In this document: piece after piece, positions 30,501 through 40,217 of the stretch | How the letters are laid out: the number at the start of each line of letters is the position of its first letter | How positions within the stretch are numbered: the first letter of the stretch is position 1 | Translations under genes and position numbers: made by a program | Virus record (IMG/VR): IMGVR_UViG_3300042301_004035 | Strand: one strand, 5' to 3' | DNA: 64,000 nucleotides | DNA from: a virus | Taxonomy: Duplodnaviria; Caudoviricetes | The notes under the pieces: generated by a model | The model's input: only the letters and a program-made list of their open reading frames with translations | What the model was told of the DNA's origin: nothing | The model's database searches: none

Positions 30501-32431
30501 AGGTAAGTTGCAACGTTACCCTTTGTCTGTATTCTAAACATTTCCGAAGCGTGAAGACTGGCTAGCATGTTCATCATTCTTGGAGAATCTTTTGGGGATA
30601 TTCCAGATTGATGCATCTCGAGCAGCTGTCTTGCAAATTCTTTATTTCGTATTCTTGTTTCAGTCATGTACTCTGGCAGATAATCCAGCTCATCATTAAA
30701 AACTGTTCTTTGCAGCATTTCTTTTATTCTTGGTGGCAAAATATTTTGATCAATAGCAGTATTAAATTCTTGCATTATTTCTCCAGAGTATCTTTTCATA
30801 TTTTCTATATCATAATCTGAAGCAAAAAGTTCACCAAGGAATGAGGTAGAAACTGGATCAGAATACACTTTGTCGCTACTACTTCCTAGACCGCTAAAAA
30901 CAAATCCTTTAAAATTAAAACCTAACTCACCCTTAATTGCCTCTTCATCTAAGATGGCTGCAAAACCAGAAAATAAACCTCTTTTATTTCCTATCAAATC
31001 GAAGTCTGCAAAATTAGCAGCGGACTTTATTTGCTCTTCGCCAGTACCTCCTCTCATGGTTACTTGATACAGATTGTTTGCCTTTGAAACTATGTCGTAT
31101 TGCCTTTGTATCTCATATAATTGCTGCTCTAAAGCTTCTGCTTCTTGCCTACTCCTACCTGGTATGCCTGCTCTTAAATCTGCGTGTATTTCTTTTATCT
31201 GGTCTTGCATGGTGCCTATACGCCCTTGCAATTCATCCATCTTATAAGTTCTTAGCCTATCATTAACTACGGATATACCATCAAACTCTCTTTTTACGCC
31301 TTTCATTATTCTTTCTATTGACTTATATTCTTCGCTATTTTTGCCAAAAGTTTTTTCAACATTACCCAATAATTCTTTTGAGCTGTTTGATCGTCCAACT
31401 AAGCCCTTAATTTTTTCAGTTGAAAGAATTCCTTTGTCTAAACTTTCTGTTGACAAATTATCTATGGTAGCTTTTACTAAATTTGTGTCTAAAAGTTCAT
31501 CTATTAAATTGTATTCAACGCCACCCTCTTTCACTATAAAATTTTGTCCAAGACCAGAAATAACCTTACCGTCAGCATCATAAACTAAATCTGTAGACCT
31601 ACCAGCAAATCCCATATATCTTCTGAGATAGTCAATCCCAGAATCAACCCTTAGAGCTCTATCCTCAATTGCGGTACCGACATCAATACTACCTATAGCT
31701 CTCGTTATGTCTTCTTGCGGCATAAAAATATCTCTTTCAGAAAAGAATGCCCTTAGACGTTTTGGTAGTTTATTAACAAACCCTGGCATTGATGCTTCGC
31801 CTAATGCTGATTGCAATCTTTCTTGGTTTAATAAACCAGACCCCAATATTGTGCTCATCATGTGCATCTGAGCAGATGATAGGGCCCTTTGTTCTCCGCC
31901 AACTAAAGCCTGCATGGTAAGAAAAGCTCCACCCTCTCCATCAACAATAGGGATAAAGCCTATGCTAAGTTTCTCTAACTCTTTTGCCGCTAAAGTTGCA
32001 CCTTTTCCTTTTTCGCTTTTGCTAGTTAAAATTTGCATCATCAATGTACTCGGGTCAATATCTCCAAGCCCGATTCTTGCCAATTGTGATCTTTGAAGAT
32101 CGGTTGCAGAAGTTAATCTTGTTTGAAGATTTTCTAATACAGAACCCGCTTGAGAAAATCTAGTATCATAAAATTCAGAACCAAGTTTTGATGCCCCATA
32201 TCTTAGTTCTGTATAATCTGTTAATAAAAATTTTTTAGCTTCCAAGAAAGCTTCACCAGGAGTGTCAAACTTTTCTCCACTAACTGATGATACATAACTA
32301 AATCTTCCAGTAGTTGGATCTTTATCAACTCTTGCTGCGCCTGTTCTACCAAGCTCAGTTCTAGCCATGCCGGCTCTAGCAGCATACTCGGCTTTTCTAG
32401 GATTATTAAATAGTTCGTTTATTGGTATCAT
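27524..32431 (-). CDS. Giant tape-measure-position protein 2 (1,635 aa), with a degenerate RNA-polymerase-like DxD loop
   Basis: TAATG-coupled to the upstream giant gene; helical E/K/R/L/A-rich; C-terminal hydrophobic segment (NSVVAIGALVVGSFAYQAV); internal LGGFDLDDK...YRQPS. Confidence 0.6.
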   Translation of the reverse strand: MIPINELFNNPRKAEYAARAGMARTELGRTGAARVDKDPTTGRFSYVSSVSGEKFDTPGEAFLEAKKFLLTDYTELRYGASKLGSEFYDTRFSQAGSVLENLQTRLTSATDLQRSQLARIGLGDIDPSTLMMQILTSKSEKGKGATLAAKELEKLSIGFIPIVDGEGGAFLTMQALVGGEQRALSSAQMHMMSTILGSGLLNQERLQSALGEASMPGFVNKLPKRLRAFFSERDIFMPQEDITRAIGSIDVGTAIEDRALRVDSGIDYLRRYMGFAGRSTDLVYDADGKVISGLGQNFIVKEGGVEYNLIDELLDTNLVKATIDNLSTESLDKGILSTEKIKGLVGRSNSSKELLGNVEKTFGKNSEEYKSIERIMKGVKREFDGISVVNDRLRTYKMDELQGRIGTMQDQIKEIHADLRAGIPGRSRQEAEALEQQLYEIQRQYDIVSKANNLYQVTMRGGTGEEQIKSAANFADFDLIGNKRGLFSGFAAILDEEAIKGELGFNFKGFVFSGLGSSSDKVYSDPVSTSFLGELFASDYDIENMKRYSGEIMQEFNTAIDQNILPPRIKEMLQRTVFNDELDYLPEYMTETRIRNKEFARQLLEMHQSGISPKDSPRMMNMLASLHASEMFRIQTKGNVATYLPALPDVRRFALSTENAAFQSGTAPSENLSGMTSARIKGVDREIATQLLEFRVDDNRVLFGPGMTNRFYESLGGFDLDDKVLTKMMTYKDNGNKKRLLFGMYRQPSGPEESIYAKANLDEGTLRSYFQNERFRGLLEDYRLSAGGVRASSLDDLYSVLWNDKKYKTINADEAEQLVISIFDFAESRGKAGLRMLDGSMEGVAGAHNRRILRAIERQGSSSLANSQQYTRPGIFKIFEEENQKYNSQQGYLIKDQIKELLENDSYKNALDSSVYNQLKTALESSQFDEVNRVFEKNLDNPILSALKEQSVFNKMFSVATSEESAVLGTYVNRTMLVGSKLNQTQDLIEHLINMGGQDGRIRKILEHQIGLVSQELAIDFSKSASGVMPSLLSDMDVLRESLTSVTMAIDNSKDVNAALRAVERIRKAGGSIDDIGAQAIENLGKRVGTEYAQVMELATEMAVRDAAAAEKFKERFLPKIDQQLLKGRAQLVDLESMIRGISSGIQTGASDVGMFKDIIGQLSEEQMPISSEARRDALIRLFGANEQHAYATVSRLHGAGTVAAANLEAMNNIRYRSRTINPALASFEYTEEARRAADFLLEKHTEEASRILNFRTDMAELNNEATKELYLRKLKMGDTVTDDIREAARRSGVSVEEMINTLRKRSDQIGKEFIYDDLNYFPKSVLEDVAGSSGTISSNLRELFSAAEIKRNYNYLESLRASDDVVKTLNILGSTTSENLSSRAGQTAKEILEASAYGVLHDPSSAQLDILALLSDNKEIQNQVFNNRNMNEVRTTMSNRLDAVMADIRYSELADEFKTDLDFIGRPTTAAPAPTTTVGKDLERVISGEEVSIAKAQFKRIGEFIKDGSLKNLFQENKLFKNSVVAIGALVVGSFAYQAVKDRSQEDIQGPPLLPGGSAYEDNYPKRMSEIPQIGNAVYNPGVDYKVNLYGNTKDVSNFRQEAMGLGKFNMNTTMYRRAPQAGNNPYNEVASSF

Positions 32432-35400
32432 TACCTAACACCTGCTGAAATATCAATGCTGCTTGATCCAAAAGTATTTGCTACTGGAGTAATTGTTCCA
32501 GATACACCGGAGCCACTAAGAAGTCTTCTTAACTTTCCAAGTATATCATCTTTATTTTCTTGCCTATTAAATTGAGGGAAAGCTGGATTTGCTAAATTTG
32601 CTTCTTTTATCTGTTGTGGATAGTAACCCATCTGCGACATTTCAAGACCCATGTTTTGACCTATCTTAACTTTTACATGATCTAGATTAGTATTCGGATG
32701 CCAACCTTCCCAATTCAAATCTGGCAATTCGTGCCTACTAAAGTACTCTGCCAAATCAGGCTTATCTTCGACTGGCATCCCCCATGCTGCTTGATATATT
32801 CTTCTTTCTAATCTGCCAGAAGTAGACAATATAGCTTTGCGTTCAGATTCTGGAGCATTAATCATTTCTGCAAAGTGTTCTCTTTTTCTTTTTGGTATTG
32901 CCAAAGAAAGAGTTTCTACTGGAGCACCATATATATCAGCTCCATACATAGTTCTTTTTGCGGCTTGTCTATATTGATTTGCTTCAAACCCACTACCAGA
33001 TTGTTGCGCCATAGAAGCCAACCTAGAATATTTAACATAGTTTAACATGTCAGTATATTCTTCAAGCGCTAATTCTTTTTTTCTTACCTTAGGAATAAAT
33101 CTTTCTCCAGTTATTGCCTCTCTAGCATTGTCATATGTAGACGCAAACAAGCCAGTTGCTGCCCCAACAAAACCACCAAAAGCTCTTCCTCTAGCAGTCC
33201 TACCAAAGGCTGTGCCAACAGCCAGCAAAGTTGCAGAAGCAGTTAGTGGATCTCTCTGTGTAGCTTTGTATGCCATTGGTTTAATGAAGCTTTCGAAAGG
33301 CCTTTGCCACTGAGGAAAAGTAGAACCATAAACATTTCTTCTTTCCCAATCTTCTTGAGCTGTCCTATCTTGCCAAAATTTAGTATTAAAAATTGTGTCT
33401 CTATGCGCTAAATATTCTTTTGTTCTTTCAAATTTATATCTTCTATCTGATATACCTAATTCAGAAGCTGTTTTGTCTTTGTATTCATATCTACTAAAAT
33501 TATATTTTTTAGTTGTTTGCTCTACTCTATTTCTTATCTCTTGAACTTTTATCCTTTGATCCGGAGAAAGATTTTTTGAATCTACAGAAGCATTTAATTG
33601 CTTAAATTGATTTGAGTACGGGGCAACATCAGCCAATATACTTAGCTGATCAACCAAGCCATATCTGCCTGTTTCATCAGAATTTAATGTATTAAATCTT
33701 TCATAACCTTTGCCAGGCAACCTTAGTTCACCTTCTGCAATTCGCGTAAAAGGATCACCTCTTGTGAAGTCGGTAAAATATTCTGCGCCTGGCAAGAACG
33801 GGTATTGCTCTCCCATAGTGTTTTTTATTGGATTTAGATAATCTACTCCTGATCTTTCTTTAGGAATAAATCTTCTTACTATTTCCGAAAATTCTAAGTT
33901 ACCCAAGGCACCTTGTGCTGGGAGAGGAAGGTCGCCAGCACCACCAAGATTGAGATCCCAAAATGCTCTTGTTACTCCATATGCTTTTGAAGCAGACTGC
34001 AAAGTTGCCCTATCTGGCTGGTAGTCGCCTTGACCAAAGCCAAATTTTTCTCTAAGAGAAGAAAAACCGAAACCGTAAATACCAGCCATTTCTTGAGTTG
34101 TGTATCCTAGATTACCCATTTGCATTTGCAATGCACCAGGTGACAAAGGTGAACCAGTAGGAACTATTTGTGCTGGCATTACCCCACGTTGTTTTGTCGG
34201 ACCGTATGCCATTTGCATTAATGGTTCGTTCAACCCAGCTATTGTTCCTTTTGTTAATCTTCCAGCTGTGTATAACGGAGTGCCACCAGCTGATCCATAG
34301 CTTGCATTAGAAGCTGATATCATTCCAGGCCCAGCTCCGGTTCCACCGCCGCCGCCACGACCACCAATTCCACCACCAGGAGAAGTTAAATACGGTGTTG
34401 CATTATAGGCGCCTGCTTGACCTGCTTGAACATAGTTTTGCAAACCTTGTGTTAATTCCTGTTCATGCATTAATACTTGTGGTTTTAGAATTCTTCCAAG
34501 AGTCGCGTTTAATAGTGGTACAGCCGGACCAAACGGACCAGAAAAATATTCTCCAGTTACAGGATATGGTCTATCCTCAAAGTGTTTTCTTTCAAACCTA
34601 TAAGGGTCTATCGGTCTTAGTGGAGAAATATCATTGTAGTACAAGAATTTTTCCATCGGACTTCCATAAGTGTCCGAAGTAAACATTGCTCCACCTTGCA
34701 ATTTCCTATACCAGGACGGTCTGTAATACTGAACTTTTCCTCCAGCAAATGGTGTGTTGCCAAGCGGCCAAAAACGACCCTGCCTTATGGGGACAAGTCC
34801 TTCTGTTAGTTGTTCTTTTTTATCTTCATAAGTATCACCACCAGGTGTAATACCAGAAAGAATTGACCTTGCTTCAACTACTCCACGAGCTGCTTTAGTT
34901 GTGAAAAACGGTGAATAAACTCTTTCTCCATCTTTATCTTTTGGCTGACTATACCCACCTATTGTCCTGTCCACTGTCATCGCTGTTGTTCCAGCCGCAA
35001 AAATAGGAAGAACTCTTTTGCCAACCATACCACGCATATACAAATCAAGAGGACCATTAAACCTAGATGTATCTAGTTGCATTCCTAGCGTGCCGAAATA
35101 TCTATTCAAACGCTCAACACCTTGAGAAACTGCAGTCCCGGCTACAGAATAATCTTGCGGATTTTTATAAGTGCCAACTCCTAATGCACTTTTGATTGCT
35201 CCAAATGGATTTTTATCAAAAACAGTTCCAAACGTTGGTACAAAAGTAATAGATTGGCCAGAACCCAATGGGTCTATGCTAAATTCACTTGGCTTAAATG
35301 CCGCTGTTCCAAATTTTCTTCTGCCCAAAGGTGACAGTGCATTGAACGGCCTTCTTAGATTGCTAGCTATTAAAGACTCTGTTCCACGCGTAAATGGGTC

Positions 35401-38400
35401 AAACAATGACCTAGCTGCTGCTCCGCCGGAAGAACTAGATGTGGTGAGACTTAATAAAGCTTCAACTGCATTTCTTGCATTTTGTTCAGAAGAAATAGAT
35501 TGATTAAAAGTTCTGTACGCACTGATATTAAATAGCGTTGAAAGTGCTGCCGCTTGTGCTTCTGCGTACTTTGAGGCTGGCATAGATTTTTTTAAGTTTG
35601 TTAATACATTTTGTATACTAACGAACATGCTCTCGGTGCTAGATCCACCCTGCCCCAGGACTGCGTTTGTTTGCGAAACATATCTAAATATTTCGTTTTT
35701 TAATTCATCAAGTCTAGTTGTGATTGTCGATGATTTACTTGAAGACAATGAGGCGGCAGCTAAGTCAGAATCTTTAACTATGTTTCTTATTCTTGAATAA
35801 GATTCTTCTAAGAACCTTGTATCAATTCCTCTTTCTCTAGCTTGCGCAGAGAGCAACGGCTTCATTTCTTCTAGTCGAGCAACCACATCTCTTGCTTGCT
35901 GAGCGGTTCTGACTTCTGATACTCTACCTAAACCAGGTCTTGTAAAGGTTTGAGGGGCTGCTTCCTCAAGCTCCTTCATTACATCATCTGTGTAGCCGTA
36001 ACCAAAAGTTCTTTTTCTGAATATATCAGCGCCTTTTAGTATTTCAGATTCACTATATGTGCTGCTAACTTTTCCAGTTGAATCTATTAAATTATATCTG
36101 TCGCCAGTTCTATCTAATTTAAATGCTTTTCTAGTTCCACCCTCTTTCATCATCACTTCTTCGCCACTTAAAAGGCGAGACATAACTTGAGGGTTATTTA
36201 TATCTTGAGATCTATTGCGGAACCTTGAGAGCAAGCCAAACAATGAGTTTGGTTGATCAGCATCAATGTCCATTGCATTTTTAAATCGTCTTGACCTTTC
36301 AGAATTACCTAAGACAAAATCTAAAAACTTTGAACCAGATTGTCCATCTATGTCATAGGCAGGTGTCCCAGGCATGCCAGCAGCAAAGCGTGCATGCTTG
36401 GTGAGCATTTCAGTACTTCTAGTTGGCAATGGTCGGTAAGTTCCCCTTAGCGTTTCTCCAAAAGTTTCTCCAGAAAATTCATTTGTTGAATAAGAAGTTA
36501 TTTTACCTTTAGTTCCCTTGGTAGCATGCCAGATGTGAAAGTCTGCTCTGCTACCAGGAAGATCGCCAAATGGTTGAACTGTTGATCCAGGTGAATACTG
36601 TAGTGGTCCTTTTTGTGCCATTTCGGCAAATGACCTGCGACCAAACAAATCTGCTGGGTTAAGTTTAATGATAGGTATGTGTAGGTCTGAGGCGAAGAAA
36701 TTCGCAACGTTTTTAAATGTTGTTTTGATTGAGCTAAAATCTAACGTTTGTCCAGACCTTGTTTGGTAAACTCCTTCTAGTTTATTGAAACCTATAGACT
36801 TAGATACTGGGTCATCTATAGCCATTCTTCCAGCTAGATTTTTTATTATAGATTGTTCTCTATCGGGCAGGTGTGCAAACTTGCCCTTGTCTATCGCTTC
36901 GCTTATCAAAAGCGGCTTCATGCCAAAGAGATTAAAGTTTCCTTCAAATATTCCTGACGTTATTTTTTTGTTTCTAATTAAAAAAGATTTTAAATTTGTA
37001 AAATCGTTTGGATCAAATCCCCTATTAGCCAAACCACTTCTGACTATATCTTCGGATACCATCCTTCCTTCTAAATCTTTTAATGGTATCCCTAATACTT
37101 GAGCTGTTTTTCTTTGTAGGAATTGTTTTTTTGCGCTGTTTAACGGACCAACAAAATCTTGATACACAGCTTTTTCTGGTTTTAGAATAGAAGAAGCGCG
37201 GTCAACTAAATCGTTTCTGGACATTGAAGTCCATTGGTTTTTAATTTTTAGTTTTACACCATGCTGGAATTCTTTGCTAGTAAAATATGTATTAGTTTCT
37301 TCTATAACTTCTTTTAAGAATTGATCTGATGTTTTTCCTGCCCCTGCAACATTTGCTAAAGCTGTTTCATAGTCTTTTCCACCTTTAACGCCCTTAAGTC
37401 TCTCAAGCAGTATGTCAAAGTAGCTCTCTTCATCTGCATGGATTTTCATCTTTCCAATTGAAATCATATTGGTCGGATGTGTTTTGACTCCTGGACTTAT
37501 AACTTTAAGTTGATTAACAAAATTATCAGTTTCTTTTGGGTCTAAACCTTTAGACGAAAGTCTTTGGCTTAAAAGTTTTTTGTATTCAGTTTGTTGTTGA
37601 CCCAGATAAAATTCAGACCTAGTAAAACTTGAATCCCCAGGACCACCTGCACCCCAGATTGATATCTGATTGGCCATCTTAGATAGCCTGCTAGAATACT
37701 GTGCCTGTATCTTTTGCATCGCAGTAACTACATCTGCCGACCTTGGACTAGAAGAAGATAACGCTCTTGAATGCTCTATCGAATTTTGTAAGGCGTCGTA
37801 AGCCTTTCCATAGACCCTAAACTGTTGTGTCCCTGCCCTTATTCCTGCGTTTAAACCCCTAAACGCTGGTATAGTATCTATTATTCCAGGAGCAATATCT
37901 CCCTCAGAGGTTTTAACGCCAAATGCGAGGGCTTTAGCATAATTGGTAGCTCTCTTCATCCCCGGGTCTCTAGCCCCTCTAGAGGCCTCGTAGGCGGCTC
38001 TGGCGCCCTTCCTAGCCTTGTGCAGGGCATCTACGAATCTAGGTTGCTCGTTGGCTCCCATAGCTGTTGTAGCAGCGTTAAATGCCCCTGAGGATTGAGC
38101 TGACTTTTTTAAGAATGCATTCCCAGCGGTGGCCATATCATGGCCGACTTCTCCAAGAACTTCAGTTAAGTTTACAAACCCTTTTGCTGCCTTTTCTTTT
38201 ATCGGGCTTAAGTCCGATATGCTGGCCATAGAATATTTAAAAGTATTCATCGAGCTCTTAGATGCATTAAGAGCTGCTCCACCACCTTCGAATGGCAAGA
38301 TCATTGTCGCCATTGTTGTCACTGATGTTTTTACAAAGTCGCTTACAACATCAACAGGATTGTACCAGTTTATTTTTTTTCTGTTATCGTCTTTTCCAAA

Positions 38401-38997
38401 GAGTGGATCTGTGACCATTCTTTGTGCGCCCCATAGGGCTGGAAGTTCGTACGGCATTCTTCTGCCGACTCTAATCATCCTTTGTTGGAGGTCTTCTTTC
38501 AGACCCCAAATTGCAGCTGGCTCTGAAGTTAACCCTCTACCAGCTTGATCTAATTCATTCTTTGAAAATGAATAACCAAAATTTTCAAAAGCTCCGTGTC
38601 TAGACCCAAGGTAACCAGTTGTTAATTCATCACCAGCTTGAAAGACTAATTTTTCATATGGATCGTTTACGCCATCGATTGCCCTTTTAACACCCTGTAA
38701 ATTATCAAGATGTCTTCTAACATCTATCATGTCTTTAATTAAAGACGTTTGACCAGATTCTTCTATTTTTTGGGCTAACTTAAGGCCACCCTTCCTGAGC
38801 ATCGCTGCGCCAACGCCAGCAACAAGCATCGTTGTTCCTGCGTGCGCAAAGAAGCGCATAACAGGATGGCCACCTAAGGCTTTTGAAACCGCACCGCTAT
38901 CTTGGGAAATGCCTTCTGTTTCACCCTCGTTAAGAGGTATGTCGCGAGACGTTACACCATTACCCAAGTTATGTAATGGACCACGATCTCTAATCAA
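32431..38997 (-). CDS. Giant tape-measure-position protein 1 (2,188 aa)
   Basis: TTG start with CAGGAG SD; directly follows the tail chaperone genes (canonical TMP position); G/A/R-rich with hydrophobic segments near both ends. Confidence 0.7.
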   Translation of the reverse strand: MIRDRGPLHNLGNGVTSRDIPLNEGETEGISQDSGAVSKALGGHPVMRFFAHAGTTMLVAGVGAAMLRKGGLKLAQKIEESGQTSLIKDMIDVRRHLDNLQGVKRAIDGVNDPYEKLVFQAGDELTTGYLGSRHGAFENFGYSFSKNELDQAGRGLTSEPAAIWGLKEDLQQRMIRVGRRMPYELPALWGAQRMVTDPLFGKDDNRKKINWYNPVDVVSDFVKTSVTTMATMILPFEGGGAALNASKSSMNTFKYSMASISDLSPIKEKAAKGFVNLTEVLGEVGHDMATAGNAFLKKSAQSSGAFNAATTAMGANEQPRFVDALHKARKGARAAYEASRGARDPGMKRATNYAKALAFGVKTSEGDIAPGIIDTIPAFRGLNAGIRAGTQQFRVYGKAYDALQNSIEHSRALSSSSPRSADVVTAMQKIQAQYSSRLSKMANQISIWGAGGPGDSSFTRSEFYLGQQQTEYKKLLSQRLSSKGLDPKETDNFVNQLKVISPGVKTHPTNMISIGKMKIHADEESYFDILLERLKGVKGGKDYETALANVAGAGKTSDQFLKEVIEETNTYFTSKEFQHGVKLKIKNQWTSMSRNDLVDRASSILKPEKAVYQDFVGPLNSAKKQFLQRKTAQVLGIPLKDLEGRMVSEDIVRSGLANRGFDPNDFTNLKSFLIRNKKITSGIFEGNFNLFGMKPLLISEAIDKGKFAHLPDREQSIIKNLAGRMAIDDPVSKSIGFNKLEGVYQTRSGQTLDFSSIKTTFKNVANFFASDLHIPIIKLNPADLFGRRSFAEMAQKGPLQYSPGSTVQPFGDLPGSRADFHIWHATKGTKGKITSYSTNEFSGETFGETLRGTYRPLPTRSTEMLTKHARFAAGMPGTPAYDIDGQSGSKFLDFVLGNSERSRRFKNAMDIDADQPNSLFGLLSRFRNRSQDINNPQVMSRLLSGEEVMMKEGGTRKAFKLDRTGDRYNLIDSTGKVSSTYSESEILKGADIFRKRTFGYGYTDDVMKELEEAAPQTFTRPGLGRVSEVRTAQQARDVVARLEEMKPLLSAQARERGIDTRFLEESYSRIRNIVKDSDLAAASLSSSKSSTITTRLDELKNEIFRYVSQTNAVLGQGGSSTESMFVSIQNVLTNLKKSMPASKYAEAQAAALSTLFNISAYRTFNQSISSEQNARNAVEALLSLTTSSSSGGAAARSLFDPFTRGTESLIASNLRRPFNALSPLGRRKFGTAAFKPSEFSIDPLGSGQSITFVPTFGTVFDKNPFGAIKSALGVGTYKNPQDYSVAGTAVSQGVERLNRYFGTLGMQLDTSRFNGPLDLYMRGMVGKRVLPIFAAGTTAMTVDRTIGGYSQPKDKDGERVYSPFFTTKAARGVVEARSILSGITPGGDTYEDKKEQLTEGLVPIRQGRFWPLGNTPFAGGKVQYYRPSWYRKLQGGAMFTSDTYGSPMEKFLYYNDISPLRPIDPYRFERKHFEDRPYPVTGEYFSGPFGPAVPLLNATLGRILKPQVLMHEQELTQGLQNYVQAGQAGAYNATPYLTSPGGGIGGRGGGGGTGAGPGMISASNASYGSAGGTPLYTAGRLTKGTIAGLNEPLMQMAYGPTKQRGVMPAQIVPTGSPLSPGALQMQMGNLGYTTQEMAGIYGFGFSSLREKFGFGQGDYQPDRATLQSASKAYGVTRAFWDLNLGGAGDLPLPAQGALGNLEFSEIVRRFIPKERSGVDYLNPIKNTMGEQYPFLPGAEYFTDFTRGDPFTRIAEGELRLPGKGYERFNTLNSDETGRYGLVDQLSILADVAPYSNQFKQLNASVDSKNLSPDQRIKVQEIRNRVEQTTKKYNFSRYEYKDKTASELGISDRRYKFERTKEYLAHRDTIFNTKFWQDRTAQEDWERRNVYGSTFPQWQRPFESFIKPMAYKATQRDPLTASATLLAVGTAFGRTARGRAFGGFVGAATGLFASTYDNAREAITGERFIPKVRKKELALEEYTDMLNYVKYSRLASMAQQSGSGFEANQYRQAAKRTMYGADIYGAPVETLSLAIPKRKREHFAEMINAPESERKAILSTSGRLERRIYQAAWGMPVEDKPDLAEYFSRHELPDLNWEGWHPNTNLDHVKVKIGQNMGLEMSQMGYYPQQIKEANLANPAFPQFNRQENKDDILGKLRRLLSGSGVSGTITPVANTFGSSSIDISAGVR

Positions 38998-39009
38998 GAC
39001 TTTCTCCTG

Positions 39010-39636
39010 TTACTTTAATCCCCATAATTTTTGAGCAATGGGGTCTGAATAACTAGCTTCTCCTTCTTTCTTAGAAAGATTATGTCTAGCTTCACTGGTT
39101 TTTTTCTTCTCTATTTCTTCTTCTGGATCAATTAATTGAAGGTTGATATTTGTTGGCTCAACGCCATTTATACTTTGTTGTATTTCAATAATTTTTTCAG
39201 ATAGTGCAACGTTTTCTGCTAACTGAGAAAAGGTCATCCCATCTAAATCTTTAGGGTTATACGTATGTATAGTAGCGAGAACAAAAGCTTTCATTAAACT
39301 TCTAACTTCGTTAGCTTTCTCTCTTTTATCCTCTAGTATTTTTTTGGCTATTTTGGCGGAATAGAAACCAGATACGTCGACTATCTGCTGCGACAAGGAA
39401 GATATTAAACCAGGAGGCAAAGAATTAATATTAAAATCTTCAGGATAGATAACCGCAGCGCCGATAATAATATCTTCTATATCTACCGAAGAGTGGGCAT
39501 CCGAGTTTTTATACTCTATGATTTTGTCGTATTCTTCAAATGTTAATTCTCTGAAAAACACTTCTTGTTTTTTAACTAAAGTGCTAAAGATAGAACCATA
39601 TCTTTTTTTTAACTCATAGAGTTTTTCTGGATCCAT
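39010..39636 (-). CDS. Tail assembly chaperone paralogue B
   Basis: LKKRYGSIFSTLVKKQEVFFRELTFEEYDKI, paralogous to 39644-40147; located between tube genes and TMP. Confidence 0.7.
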   Translation of the reverse strand: MDPEKLYELKKRYGSIFSTLVKKQEVFFRELTFEEYDKIIEYKNSDAHSSVDIEDIIIGAAVIYPEDFNINSLPPGLISSLSQQIVDVSGFYSAKIAKKILEDKREKANEVRSLMKAFVLATIHTYNPKDLDGMTFSQLAENVALSEKIIEIQQSINGVEPTNINLQLIDPEEEIEKKKTSEARHNLSKKEGEASYSDPIAQKLWGLK

Positions 39637-39643
39637 AATTAAA

Positions 39644-40147
39644 TTATAATTGTCTGACCTCTAAGGCGACGAATCCCGATGCCTCTAAGACTTCTTGCGA
39701 AATCAAAGATGGAACTCCAGCCATAATGCCACCAGTATTATTTTTATCGTACTCAGGATACAGCATGCAGAGTTCCGATATGGCTTCTTCATTCCACATG
39801 TTAGCTTCTGCGGAAGATAGTTGGCCGGCTTGAACTAATTGCTCCATCTTCTTAACAAGATTCTTGTATTCTAATCTAGACAGAACTCTCCAAACAATGT
39901 GCTTATCAAAAGATAAAGAAGTTACATAAATATCTCCGTACACTTCTTTCCAATGCTTGATGATCCCGGCGGTTGGCCCACCTTCCCATATCTCCTGTTC
40001 GTCATCTAAATCTTCGACAGATTTTGATTCATCGTCAACCTGTGCCACCTCAACAGGCTCTGCGGTTATCTCTATAACTTCATCAACGTTGACTTCTTTT
40101 GCCATTTCAGGGTTTGTGGAAATGGAAACTTTTCTCTGCGTAGCCAT
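39644..40147 (-). CDS. Tail assembly chaperone paralogue A
   Basis: WKEVYGDIYVTSLSFDKHIVWRVLSRLEYKNL; AAGGAG SD; TATAAT boxes upstream (~40180-40200). Confidence 0.7.
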   Translation of the reverse strand: MATQRKVSISTNPEMAKEVNVDEVIEITAEPVEVAQVDDESKSVEDLDDEQEIWEGGPTAGIIKHWKEVYGDIYVTSLSFDKHIVWRVLSRLEYKNLVKKMEQLVQAGQLSSAEANMWNEEAISELCMLYPEYDKNNTGGIMAGVPSLISQEVLEASGFVALEVRQL

Positions 40148-40217
40148 AATATCTCCTTGTATTAAAACACTAGTTCACTTATCATTATACATTATATATA
40201 CAATATATTCAATATAT

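Noticed and set aside
15598-38997. Inteins or homing endonucleases explaining the size of the giant proteins
   Set aside because: I recognised no Hint splice-junction motifs (C/S...HN-C/S/T) or LAGLIDADG/HNH motifs; a profile search could still find a divergent one.
39630-39660. Classical -1 G/GT chaperone frameshift
   Set aside because: No XXXYYYZ heptamer seen before the stop; the second chaperone has its own ATG and is a full paralogue.
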